A stretch of DNA of 64,000 nucleotides from an uncultured Planctomycetaceae bacterium (GCA_963813715.1 CAWFAK010000009.1:512001-576000); one strand, 5' to 3'; counted from the stretch's first letter, positions 9,295 to 18,661 are shown. Numbers and translations are program-made. Notes: generated by a model not told the origin, from the letters alone.

Positions 9295-12200
9295 TCAGTG
9301 GAAGTCGCGTGAGGAGACGCCCAGGTCGGCGATGCGTTTGGAGAGGTCGTCGAGGCGGTTGACCAGGATGTGGATCACGTTGTCCTGGCGCTGCAGGCGG
9401 CCGTGGGCCAGCATGGCGGTGGCCGTGCGGGCCGCGTGGTGATAGCGCTCCCAGACTTCGGGCCGCACGATCAGGTTGGCGAAGCCTGTTTCGTCTTCCA
9501 GCGTGACGAAGGTGATGCCGCTGGCCGTGCCCGGACGCTGCCGCATCAACGTCAGTCCGGCGACTTTCACCGGCCGATCGATGGGCAGGATCGCCAGGTC
9601 GGACGCCTTGGCCACGCCCATCCGCTCGAGGCCGGCCCGCAAGAATTTCATCGGATGGTCCTTGAGCGACAACCCCGTCGCCCGATAGTCGTCCACGACT
9701 TCTGCCAAGGGCGAAGCCGCCGGCAACGCGACGGCCGGCTCTTCATTGAGTCCAAAGTCCAAGGTCCAAGGTCCAAGGTCGGACGATTCCGAAGATGGGG
9801 TGGCGGTCTTTGACTTTGGACTTTGGACTTTGGACTTTGGCATACTGTTCTGCGCCGGCAGCGATTTCCACAAAGCCCGTCGGCGGCCCACCGTCAACGA
9901 GCCAAAGGCATCGGCCTGCGAGAGCCGGGCTAAGACCGCGCTGCTCAGTCGCGTGCGACGGGCAAAATTCTCGAACGAAACAAACGGCCCGTCCGCCCGC
10001 CGCTCGCAGATCACGTCGACCTGCGCTTGCGACAATCCCTTCACCAGGCGGAAGCCGAGGCGTAAGGCTAAGTCCAAGGTCCAAGGTCCAAAGTCCAAGG
10101 TCAGGAAATCGGAAGACACCCCATCGCGCCGACTTTGGACTTTGGACTTTGGACTTTGGACTGCTTCTTCCCGACTTTGGACTTTTTCCAGCGTCGCGTC
10201 CCATTCGCTGTGGTTGACGTCGACCGGGCGGATTTCGACGCCGTGGTCGCGGGCGTTGGCGACGAGCTGGGCCACGGCATAAAAACCCATCGGCTGGCTG
10301 TTGAGCAGGGCGGCCGCGAAGACGGCCGGCTCGTAGCGCTTGATCCAGGCCGACGCGTAAACCAACAGGGCAAAACTGGCCGCGTGCGATTCGGGAAAGC
10401 CATATTCGCCGAAACCGCGAATCTGGTTGAACAGCCGCTCGGCGAAATCGTCCGAATAGCCGTTCTTGGCCATTCCTGTGAGGAGTTTGTCGCGAAAACG
10501 ATCCATTTCTCCGGTTTTGCGCCAAGCTCCCATGGCGCGACGGAGTTGGTCGGCTTCTCCCGGCGTGAAACCACCGGCGATCACCGCCAACTTCATCGCC
10601 TGCTCTTGAAACAGCGGGACGCCGAGAGTTTTTACCAGCACACTCTTGATTCGCTCGTCGGGATAATCGACCGGTTCCTCTCTCGCTCGCCTCCTCAAAT
10701 AAGGATGAACCATATCCCCTTGGATGGGACCTGGGCGGACGATGGCGACTTCAATCACCAGGTCATAAAAATCCTTCGGCTTAAGCCGCGGCAGCATGGC
10801 CATCTGAGCGCGGCTCTCGATTTGGAACACGCCCATGGTGTCGGCGCGCTGAATCATGCGATACACCTCCGGGTCTTCGGCGGGGACAGTCGCCAGCGTC
10901 AGTTTGCGACCCCGATGTTTGTGGATCAGGTCAAAACCTTTGCGGATCGCCGTCAGCATTCCGAGCGCCAGGCAATCGACCTTGAGGATGCCGAGGCTAT
11001 CCAGGTCGTCCTTGTCCCATTCGATCACCGTGCGGCCGGGCATCGAGGCGTTTTCGATCGGCACGACTTCGCACAAAGGCTTTTGCGTCAGCACCATTCC
11101 GCCGACATGCTGCGAGAGATGTCGCGGAAAGCCGAGCACCTGCTGGACCAGGCTATTTAATTGCCTGGCTCGTCGGGCACGCGGATTGAAGCCCGATTCA
11201 CGGAAGCGGCCGGCGAGCTTTTCGCATTCGTTGTAGTTCTCGAGATTCTTGGCCAGCACGTCGACCTCTTCCAGTGAGTAGCCGAGTGCTTTCCCCACGT
11301 CGCGAACGGCCGAGCGCGGCCGATAGCTGATCACCGTGGCGGTCATCCCCGCGCGGTCGCGGCCGTATTTGTCGTAGACGTACTGGATGACTTCTTCGCG
11401 GCGCTCGTGCTCGAAATCGATGTCGATGTCCGGCGCTTCGTCGCGCTCTTTGCTCACGAACCGCTCGAACAGGAGATCGATCTTGACCGGATCGACCGAA
11501 GTCACGCCCAGGCAGTAACAGATGACCGAGTTCGCCGCCGAGCCGCGCCCTGACACAGGATGTCTCGGCCCCGCGCAAACTTCACCAGGTCCCAGACGGT
11601 GAGAAAGTAAGCCTCGTACCGCACCTCTTCGACCAGCTTGAGTTCGTATTCCAGCATTCCGCGGACCTTGTGCGGAATTCCGTCGGGGTAACGCTCCTGT
11701 GCTCCTTGCCACACCAGTCGCGACAGGTGCTCGATCGGCGTGAGGCCGGTCGGGCACAGTTCCTCTGGATATTCATAGCGCAGCTCGTCGAGCGAGAACG
11801 TTGCAGCGATCGGCCAGCTCGACCGTGCGCGACACGGCTTCCGGGCAATCGGCAAACAGCCGCCGCATTTCGGCGGGAGATTTGAGATGCCGCTCGGCGT
11901 TGGGGAATCGCCGATGCCCCAGCTCGGCGACCGTTGTGCCATGACGAACGGCCGTCAGCACGTCCTGCAGCGGCTGGCGGGACGGATCGTGATAGTGGAC
12001 GTCGTTGGCCGCCACGAGCGGCAAGCCGATGCTGCCGGGCCACGTGCCATCAGCGTGTTGCAGACGCAAACGATCGTCGGCTCCGCAGAAGAGTTCGGCC
12101 AGCAAGTGACACCGCTCGCCGAACGACGTCGCGATAAAGTGGCAGCGAGCGTTCGACCGCTTCTTCGTCGCTGCCTTCGGGAAGCCGGACGCAGGCCAGA

Positions 12201-12640
12201 AGTCCGTCGGCGAACTCGGCCACGTCGGCGAAAGTCAGCCGGCAAGTCGCCCTTTTCCGCCTGGCGGCGGCCGCGGGTGATCAACTGCGACAAGCGGCCG
12301 TAAGCGGCCCGGTCGGTGGCGAGGAGCACGACGGGGGCGCATCGTCGGGAGTGATCTCCGCTCCGATCAGCAGTTTCAGGCCGACTTCTTTGGCCGCGAC
12401 GTGTGCCGCGCACGACGCCGGCCACGCTGTTCAAATCCGTGATCGCCAGCGCCCGACAGCCGCAGCTCGGCGGCCCGCTGCACCAATTCGTCGGGATGCG
12501 AGGCCCCTTCAAGAAAACAGAAATTCGTTTTGCAGTGCAGCTCGGCGTAAGGAAATGCCGGCTCGCGATCCGCGTCCGGGCTCGTCGGCCGGCGGCGTCA
12601 GCGGGGCACGGATCCGTTTTGGTGCAGGAGGATCGGGCAT
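9295..12640 (-). CDS. dnaE2: error-prone DNA polymerase DnaE2 (ImuC); several frameshifts in the 5' third
   Basis: YAELHCKTNF.FLEGASHPDEL (PHP), PDIDIDFEHERREE, FPRHLSQHVGG, GFPESHAASF, RQRPGTA, C-terminal SRDFH; downstream of imuA/imuB. Confidence 0.95.
9749..9840. repeat. heptamer-array hairpin A, in frame within dnaE2
   Basis: (GTCCAAR)x4, ~27-nt spacer, (CTTTGGA)x4; encodes PKSKVQSPKSK...DLGPWTLDFGL. Confidence 0.92.
10071..10185. repeat. heptamer-array hairpin B, in frame within dnaE2
   Basis: (GTCCAAR)x4, 28-nt spacer, (GACTTTG)x4, plus a detached partial arm at 10173-10185. Confidence 0.92.
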
Positions 12641-12646
12641 CGTTCG

Positions 12647-12787
12647 GGCGAGCGGCAGGTGTCAGCCTGCCGGTTCTTTGGGTTTTCAGAGAGCTGGACC
12701 GGCTGACACGGAACAAAAAACAAACAGACAGAACAGAACAGCATGAAAAAAACAGAAGAACCGGCGGGCTGACACCCGCCGCTCGCC
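12647..12787. repeat. REP doublet (family 2) between imuB and dnaE2
   Basis: GGCGAGCGGCAGGTGTCAGCCTGCCGGTTCT and inverted AGAACCGGCGGGCTGACACCCGCCGCTCGCC with an A-rich spacer; third copy at 38643. Confidence 0.88.
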
Positions 12788-12801
12788 GGGTCAAATTCGC
12801 A

Positions 12802-14323
12802 TCAAAATTCTCCATGAACGAACCACGATCCTTCGTCTCGGGCGTGGAACAACCACAGCCGTTGGCCATCTTCAGTGTCGGCCCGGAAGTAGTCACGGTG
12901 GACGGCGGGGAAACGCCACCAGCCGGTCTCGATTCGTTCCGGGCCTTCGCAGTGCACAATGAGTTGATCGCGATCGGCCCAGTGCAGGCGAATGGGAGGT
13001 CCGTGAGGGACGACCGAAAAAACCTCCACCGGCACCGGCTCGGGAAACAGCCGCAACGGCCGCCGTGGCAGCGATTCGCGAACGAAAGAGCCGCGCACGA
13101 AGTAAGCGGTCTTTTGTTCTTCTTGTTCCTGAGCCGAACGACGGGCACGATGCAGCCGCTTCGTTGTCGGCGAGTCTTTTAAAGGAGAAGTTTGCTCCGC
13201 CAGGGTCGCGTACTCGACGGCCCGCTCGGGCTGATAATCGGGAGCCAGGCGCGGACAGAGCACGGCTCGCGGGCCGAGACGATTGCTCAACCGGTTGAGG
13301 AGCGAATCGAGATCCCGGCGGGCGTGGCGATGTTCGGCCGACTCGAACAGGGCCGACTGGTCGGCATCCAGAGGCGCGGTGCGGACCACGCGCAGCGTCG
13401 CGCCGGCCAATCGACCACGCAGCTGCACACGCTCCAGCTGCAGCCGCAGCAGTTCCCGCAGCCGCTTGGAATCGAGGCTGGGGCGAACCAGGCCGACGGT
13501 GAATCGCGTCGGCTCGTGGCCGGAAACGGTCAGCTCGATGTCGAGCTGCAGAATGCCGGCGTTGCGCCGTTCGAGCGGTTTCATCACCCGTTCGAGCAGA
13601 CGCTGCAAGATGATTTCGATCGCCGCCCGGTTTTCGAGCGGCGGCTCGCAGCCATACGCGGCTTCGATCGGCTCTTCCGGCCGCTCGGGAACGAGAGGCT
13701 CGGGAATTTCTCCCAGCGCCTGATCGAGGCGTCGCAAAATTTCCGGACCGAACCGGGAGGGCAGCGTTTCCCGCGGCAGGGCGGCGACGTGGCCGATGGT
13801 CGACAGTCCCAGGGAGTGCAGCACTTCCGCGACATTCGCGGAGATCCGCAAAGCCTCGACCGGCAGCCGGGCTCAGCGCCTGCGCCGAACGACCGGGAAG
13901 CACGATCAGCGGACCGTTCGCCGTGCGCGTCACCGCCCAGGCCGCGCCGATGGTGTCGGCCACGGCCGCGCGGGCGAGGAATCCCCAACCTCGAAAGTCG
14001 GCCACCACCTGCCGCACCATCCGCGGTTCGCCGCCGAAGAGATGCGCGCCGCCGGTGATATCTAAGAAGAGCGAAGCGGGAGTTTCCGACTCTTCGAGGC
14101 CGACGAGCGGACTGTAGCGACGGCAGCGATGAGCCAGGGAACGGAGGAGTCCAAGGTCCAAAGTCCCAGGTCCAAGGTCGGGAGATTCAGACGCTGTCGT
14201 GTCAGTCTTTGACTTTGGACTTTGGACCTTCGACCTTGGACCCGCTTGTTCGTCAGGCGCGAGCCCGCTTGGGCACGGTGGCTGGAGACGTTGGAGCAAT
14301 CGGACGCACAGTATTCGTCGCAT
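12802..14323 (-). CDS. imuB: Y-family polymerase-like protein ImuB (frameshift near 13870)
   Basis: RYSPLVG, LDITGGAHLFGGE, AVADTIGAAWA, GPERIETGWW, RDYF, WFVHGEF; between imuA and dnaE2. Confidence 0.92.
14148..14242. repeat. heptamer-array hairpin C, in frame within imuB
   Basis: (GTCCAAG-like)x4, ~28-nt spacer, (CTTTGGA/CCTTGGA)x4-5; encodes PRSKVQSPKSK...DLGPGTLDLGL. Confidence 0.9.
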
Positions 14324-15182
14324 CGTCGTATTCCAAGAGAGCGAACCTTTCGCCGGCTGCTCCTCGTCGGCAACGAAGGACTTCGACACGCCAACGCCGT
14401 GCGGACGATGAGTCTCCCTCGCCCATCGCCTCGATCCCGAGTCGCACGTCGCTCCAAGAGGGCTCGCCCCGCGCGGTCGGGGGGCGAATCAAAAAACCGA
14501 GACCGCCGCCGCGCTCGACCGAGAGCTGCAAGCGGCGGAAGACCCGCGCGGAGAGTTTTTGTAGGCGACAGAAGGTGACGGCCACGCCCCGCGAGGCCAG
14601 CGCCTGCTCGAGGGCCCACAAAGTTTCCACACTGGCCGCGGCCGGACTTTTCGACCGCTTCGCTGCTGCGCGCTTTGCTGGTGCGCTCTCTGTGCCTGCG
14701 CCGTGCCCCGCGGCTTTGCCCGGGCGGACGACGATCAGCCGCTCCAGGTCGATTCCCAGGGCGGCCGCCGCGGGAGGATACAGGCTCTCTTCGTCGTCGA
14801 TCACGATCAGCACCCGGTCTTCGCCGAGAGCGGCGCGGGCGGCCAGGAGCGCGAGCTGATCGGCCGAACCTTTTCCCGCCACCCACTCGATGAGCGTTCC
14901 CGCGCGAAAGCCGGCGTCGGGCAGGAGGCGATCGAGCGTTTCGATGCCGCTGGAAATTGTGTCGCCAGTCCCGCGAACCGGATGTGAACCGCGCTCCAGT
15001 TTTTGCAGCTGATCCGCCAACCGCCCCAGCGTGAGCGTCCGCGCGAGGGCCGGGTCGCTCTCCACTAAACTGTCCAGTGAGCCGCGCGGTGTGGAATCGG
15101 TGCGCGGTGCGGAGGGGCCAGCCGCCTGGGGCGCGCCTCCGGTAACGCAGTCGATCGCTCGTAGGGGTGAGTTGTCCGTCAT
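14253..15182 (-). CDS. imuA: ImuA-like RecA/SulA-family translesion synthesis accessory protein
   Basis: SSGIETLDRLLP.AGF..GTLIEW, YPPA, LWALEQAL, RRLQL; first gene of the cassette. Confidence 0.88.
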   Translation of the reverse strand: MTDNSPLRAIDCVTGGAPQAAGPSAPRTDSTPRGSLDSLVESDPALARTLTLGRLADQLQKLERGSHPVRGTGDTISSGIETLDRLLPDAGFRAGTLIEWVAGKGSADQLALLAARAALGEDRVLIVIDDEESLYPPAAAALGIDLERLIVVRPGKAAGHGAGTESAPAKRAAAKRSKSPAAASVETLWALEQALASRGVAVTFCRLQKLSARVFRRLQLSVERGGGLGFLIRPPTARGEPSWSDVRLGIEAMGEGDSSSARRWRVEVLRCRRGAAGERFALLEYDDATNTVRPIAPTSPATVPKRARA

Positions 15183-15188
15183 AACATT

Positions 15189-15217
15189 ATGTATACATTT
15201 GTATCGTACTGCGTCAA
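15189..15217 (-). promoter_or_regulatory. candidate sigma-70 promoter of imuA overlapped by palindromes (possible repressor operator)
   Basis: Minus strand TTGACG-N16-TATACA-N7-ATG; palindromes ATGTATACAT (15189-15198) and TACA-TT-TGTA (15194-15203). Confidence 0.55.
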
Positions 15218-15285
15218 GCCAGAAAATGAGTGGTTTTTTTGCGGAAATTTTCGGCGGGGGGCGGCTCCGTAGGGCAAGCTGCCAG

Positions 15286-15545
15286 TGTTGAGACCGGACA
15301 CCCCTCCGCGTTCCTGTCTCGCAGATCAATGCGGGTAATCTTCTGCCAGCAATAAAACACCTGCCAGACTCCCTCGGTCGTCGTCGGCCGAAGAGCGACG
15401 GCTTCGCCCGCAAATGCCTCGCTGATTTTGATCACCTGTCCCCGAAAACTCAGTTGCCCCACGGGATTCACCTTGCGGACTTCGTCGCCCTCGTCGTATT
15501 CGATCGGCGGAAGATGCTCCGGAAACTCACGTCGGCTGACCGCGT
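15286..15545 (-). mobile_element. IS481-family remnant (3' end of transposase and terminal TGT/ACA end)
   Basis: Minus strand reads FPEHLPPIEYDEGDEVRKV..GQLSFRG...SEAFAGEAVALRP...WQVFY...IDL; ends GTGTCCGGTCTCAACA; catalytic part absent. Confidence 0.8.
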
Positions 15546-15581
15546 CGCTCTACGGAGCGCCTCGGTCACCCGACGCCGGGT

Positions 15582-15768
15582 AAGCTGGCACAGTACTTCC
15601 CAAATTCCGCTTTTCACAAACCCTTAGAGCCAGGGCTGAGCTGCGAGTTTTCTGCAAGAAAAGCAGGTAAGAATCGGACCGCGCGTCGATCTTGGATTTC
15701 GCTACTGCCGGTTGAGTTAGGGGTTCTGGACGAAAGAAGAGTGTGATTTGGAAGTACTGTGGCAGCTT
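15582..15768. mobile_element. MITE-like element, 187 bp, with ~23-bp terminal inverted repeats
   Basis: AAGCTGGCACAGTACTTCCCAAAT / ATTTGGAAGTACTGTGGCAGCTT (one mismatch, one indel); lower-GC non-coding interior. Confidence 0.65.
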
Positions 15769-15921
15769 GTCCTACGGAAGCGGTGACCGGCCGCGGACCA
15801 ACTGGAAAACGCGGGCGGGCTCTGTTAGGTTACGGAGCTTGAAAACCGGCGATCGTAAACGCCAAGCGTGCGACGCAAATCGTGCTCTCTTGGGCACTTA
15901 AGGAAGGCGATTGTGAGTCTC

Positions 15922-16464
15922 GTGCTCGAAGCAAAACCCCAGGCGATTTCCGGTGTCAGTGCGGGAACGGAAGCCGAGATTATGACGGCCTATCCGACGC
16001 TGGCGGCGACCGGCTTGGGTCGGGCCATCGGCAGCCTGTGCGATGCGGTGCCGCTGAAGACGTACGGCATTCCCTGGTGGCGGATGATGATTGCCGCCGT
16101 GCTGGCACTGGTGGTGGTGCCGATCGCGGGGACGATCGGGCTGATTTTGTATTTCGTCACCAAGATGACGGGACAGCGGTTCGTGCTGACCAATCGCGCC
16201 TTGCAGGTGCGGCAGATGATCGGCGTGCGGCTCAACTCGCAGGCGTCGCTGTCGGACATCAAAAGCATCGACATTCAGGAGTTGCCCGGGCAGGCCTTCT
16301 ACAAGGCGGCCGACCTCCTCGTGAAGGGGGGCGACGGCAAAACGCTGGTGCGGCTGGAAGGCGTGCAACGCCCCGCCGTATTCCGCCAAACGATCCTGGA
16401 AGCCCGCGACGCGCGGCAGCAGGTCGAAGAATCGCTGAAGGCGATCCAGTCGCGGAAGATCTGA
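15922..16464 (+). CDS. membrane protein with bacterial PH (bPH_2-like) domain
   Basis: TM hairpin followed by RFVLTNRAL...LSDIKSIDI...DL..; start uncertain (15868-15982). Confidence 0.75.
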   Translation: MLEAKPQAISGVSAGTEAEIMTAYPTLAATGLGRAIGSLCDAVPLKTYGIPWWRMMIAAVLALVVVPIAGTIGLILYFVTKMTGQRFVLTNRALQVRQMIGVRLNSQASLSDIKSIDIQELPGQAFYKAADLLVKGGDGKTLVRLEGVQRPAVFRQTILEARDARQQVEESLKAIQSRKI

Positions 16465-16480
16465 GATGATCGGCGCGAGG

Positions 16481-16578
16481 TCTCCGGAGGCTCACGCCCC
16501 TGGGCTCGGATCTGTGTCGCGATTGAGCGAACTCCATGTGAATAGCGAAACTGAGCCGGGGGCGTCGGCCCCCAGAGA
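16481..16578. repeat. degenerate REP-like inverted pair
   Basis: TCTCCGGAGGCTCACGCCCCTGGGCTC versus reverse complement of the right arm TCTCTGGGGGCCGACGCCCCCGGCTC. Confidence 0.5.
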
Positions 16579-16607
16579 AACAGCAGAGTTACGATTGAAG
16601 AGAAGAG

Positions 16608-16637
16608 CACTGGCGGCCAGAGCCGCCAGTGGCACCC
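16608..16637. repeat. REP-like palindrome family 1 variant, single copy
   Basis: CACTGGCGGC-CAGA-GCCGCCAGTG-GCACCC. Confidence 0.75.
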
Positions 16638-16770
16638 GAGCGAACACAGGCAAGCGTTGCGAGCCTGATCTCATCGTAGAAATGGGTCGAGAGCTGTCTA
16701 GCAATACGATTCCGGTTTAAAGCCCGTCGCTACGGCCCGTCGCTACGGATCGGATAGGAGTACGACGCTC

Positions 16771-17802
16771 ATGTTCAATCAGATGAAGGGGCGGTTCACG
16801 CGCGCGGGACTCATCGCCGTGATCGCGCTCTTTAGTGCAGGAATCATTTCGGCGGAGGAACGTGCGCTGCGCAATGCTTCGACCGAAGTGCGTCGCCTGC
16901 TCCCTTGGTTTCCCGAAGACACGGAGACGCTCCTCGCTGCCCAGTCCTTTGCGGTGCCGCGGCCTTCCTCCGTTGACGCGTTCGAGAGCAAATGGGCCAT
17001 TTTGATGCCTTCGCTCGCGATGGGCGAGTTCGACCAGTACCTCGAGCCATTGGTCGACCGAAAGATTCTAATCGCTTTAAAGGGAATTCGCCGCTCGCAA
17101 CCGGTCGGCTCACTGGGGGATTTCTATGCCGAAGGCTGCGTAGTCGTCGTCTTTGAGCGAGATCTGGGCGACGCCGGCGTCGAATGGACCAGCGCTCTTC
17201 GTAAAGGTGCCGAGGAAATCCGAAAAATCGCCGGCCGCGAAGTCTTTTGTTTATCCCCCGGTTCGAGCCGAGCTCGCGCTCGCAGGCACCCGTTGATCTA
17301 CTTTCTGCGACTGGCACCCGACACGATCTTGTGCGCCTCCCACGACGAGTATTTGCGAGAACTGCTCAATCGCATCGATACGGCTCCGCGCGGACGGGCG
17401 TTTCCCGACAGCCTTCCGCAGTGGGGGACCATCGACCGCTCGGCTCCCGTCTGGATGATCCGCAAGGTCCCAGCGAGCCAACAGAAGCTCGTTGAAGGAG
17501 TGACCTGGACTTGGGCGAACGACCAGGCGCGGGTTGTTTATCTGCCGCGCGGTTCCTCGGCCGAACGAGTCCTCGACCGAGCGCGCAGATTCTGGGAGGG
17601 CAGCAAGGCGGCGGAGGACATTCCGGGCCTGGCCCCACTGAGCGAATCACTTCGCAAAGTGATTCACTGTGAGCTCGGCAAACAAGGCCGCGTCACCGTT
17701 TCCTTCAAAACTGAGGGACAAGAACAACAAACTGTCCGGTTCCCGCTGTATTTGTTGCTGTTCCACGCCCAGATCGAGGATGGGGACGTCGGCCCAACGT
17801 GA
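16771..17802 (+). CDS. hypothetical secreted protein
   Basis: 343-aa ORF, AGGAG RBS, signal peptide-like N-terminus. Confidence 0.75.
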   Translation: MFNQMKGRFTRAGLIAVIALFSAGIISAEERALRNASTEVRRLLPWFPEDTETLLAAQSFAVPRPSSVDAFESKWAILMPSLAMGEFDQYLEPLVDRKILIALKGIRRSQPVGSLGDFYAEGCVVVVFERDLGDAGVEWTSALRKGAEEIRKIAGREVFCLSPGSSRARARRHPLIYFLRLAPDTILCASHDEYLRELLNRIDTAPRGRAFPDSLPQWGTIDRSAPVWMIRKVPASQQKLVEGVTWTWANDQARVVYLPRGSSAERVLDRARRFWEGSKAAEDIPGLAPLSESLRKVIHCELGKQGRVTVSFKTEGQEQQTVRFPLYLLLFHAQIEDGDVGPT

Positions 17803-17807
17803 GTCTC

Positions 17808-17856
17808 GCGGCCCCCAGGGCCGCCGGGTGACTCTAGCGGCCTCCAGGGCCGCCGG
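17808..17856. repeat. two direct copies of a short GC-rich palindrome
   Basis: GCGGCCCCCAGGGCCGCCGG (17808) and GCGGCCTCCAGGGCCGCCGG (17837). Confidence 0.6.
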
Positions 17857-17929
17857 CCGTGACTGCTCGTGATCGCACGCCGGTTGTCCGGAGAGAAGAA
17901 AGAGTGGACGTTGGAGTGGGGAGCGCGTC

Positions 17930-17962
17930 AAAACAAAAAAGCCCACAGATCGTTCCGTGGGC
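17930..17962 (-). terminator. rho-independent terminator
   Basis: Minus strand GCCCACGGA-ACGA-TCTGTGGGC-TTTTTTGTTTT, 18 nt after the stop of 17981..18661. Confidence 0.8.
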
Positions 17963-17980
17963 GGCGGCAGTGCGCTTGAC

Positions 17981-18661
17981 TTATTCGTCGATGCCGAGGC
18001 GGTAGCGCAGTTGTTGGAACTGCTCGAAGTATTCCTCGCTCGACGAGTGAACGTGTTCGGCTTCGGTGATGAATTTGATCTCTTCGTTGCAGCGGACGCC
18101 GTAGTTGCGGAAGACCCGCTCGAATTCGCTGAGGTTCTTGCCGTACATGATCAGGAGCTTGTGCTCGTCGAACTGCACCTCGAAGGGAATCCGCGGATTG
18201 AGCACCGCGATGCCCAGGCAGCCGTCGTTGAGCAGCAGCTCTTCGAAGTCGTACAGCGTGCTCTTGAGCACCGGCAGGTCGATGCTCTCGCGATACAGGT
18301 CCTGGTGTCCGTTGTTCCGCTCGTGGCTCGTCTCGAGCACCATATCGACCTCGTTCCCCAGCGGCTCGAGGAGGTCGAAGAACAGGTCGAGGACGGTTTC
18401 CTTGGAGGCGGCGCCCATCACGACGGGGATTTTGATGCCCGTGTCCGAGTCCTGGTAGACGTCGTGCCGGTAGCCCGACTGAGGAACGACTTGCAGATCG
18501 TACGAGGGACGGACCGCGTCGGTGAGGACGAAGCTGCCGTAGCGCGCGATATTCAGATGCGCCTCGAGCTGCTCCTCGGAGACGTTTTGAAAACTGCTCC
18601 GCTGAGGCGGGGCGGCCCCTTCCCGATCGGTGCTGGGCAAGAACCGTTGCAAGAAGCTCAT
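17981..18661 (-). CDS. hypothetical protein
   Basis: 226-aa acidic ORF with strong codon bias, followed by a terminator. Confidence 0.85.
   Translation of the reverse strand: MSFLQRFLPSTDREGAAPPQRSSFQNVSEEQLEAHLNIARYGSFVLTDAVRPSYDLQVVPQSGYRHDVYQDSDTGIKIPVVMGAASKETVLDLFFDLLEPLGNEVDMVLETSHERNNGHQDLYRESIDLPVLKSTLYDFEELLLNDGCLGIAVLNPRIPFEVQFDEHKLLIMYGKNLSEFERVFRNYGVRCNEEIKFITEAEHVHSSSEEYFEQFQQLRYRLGIDE

Noticed and set aside
9749..10185. Repeat-spacer pattern as a CRISPR array
   Set aside because: Units are 7-bp tandems in inverted arms, not 23-47 bp direct repeats with unique spacers; no cas genes.
14635..14720. Ala/Lys-rich extra loop in ImuA as another hairpin insertion
   Set aside because: No palindrome or heptamer units visible; treated as an ordinary variable loop.
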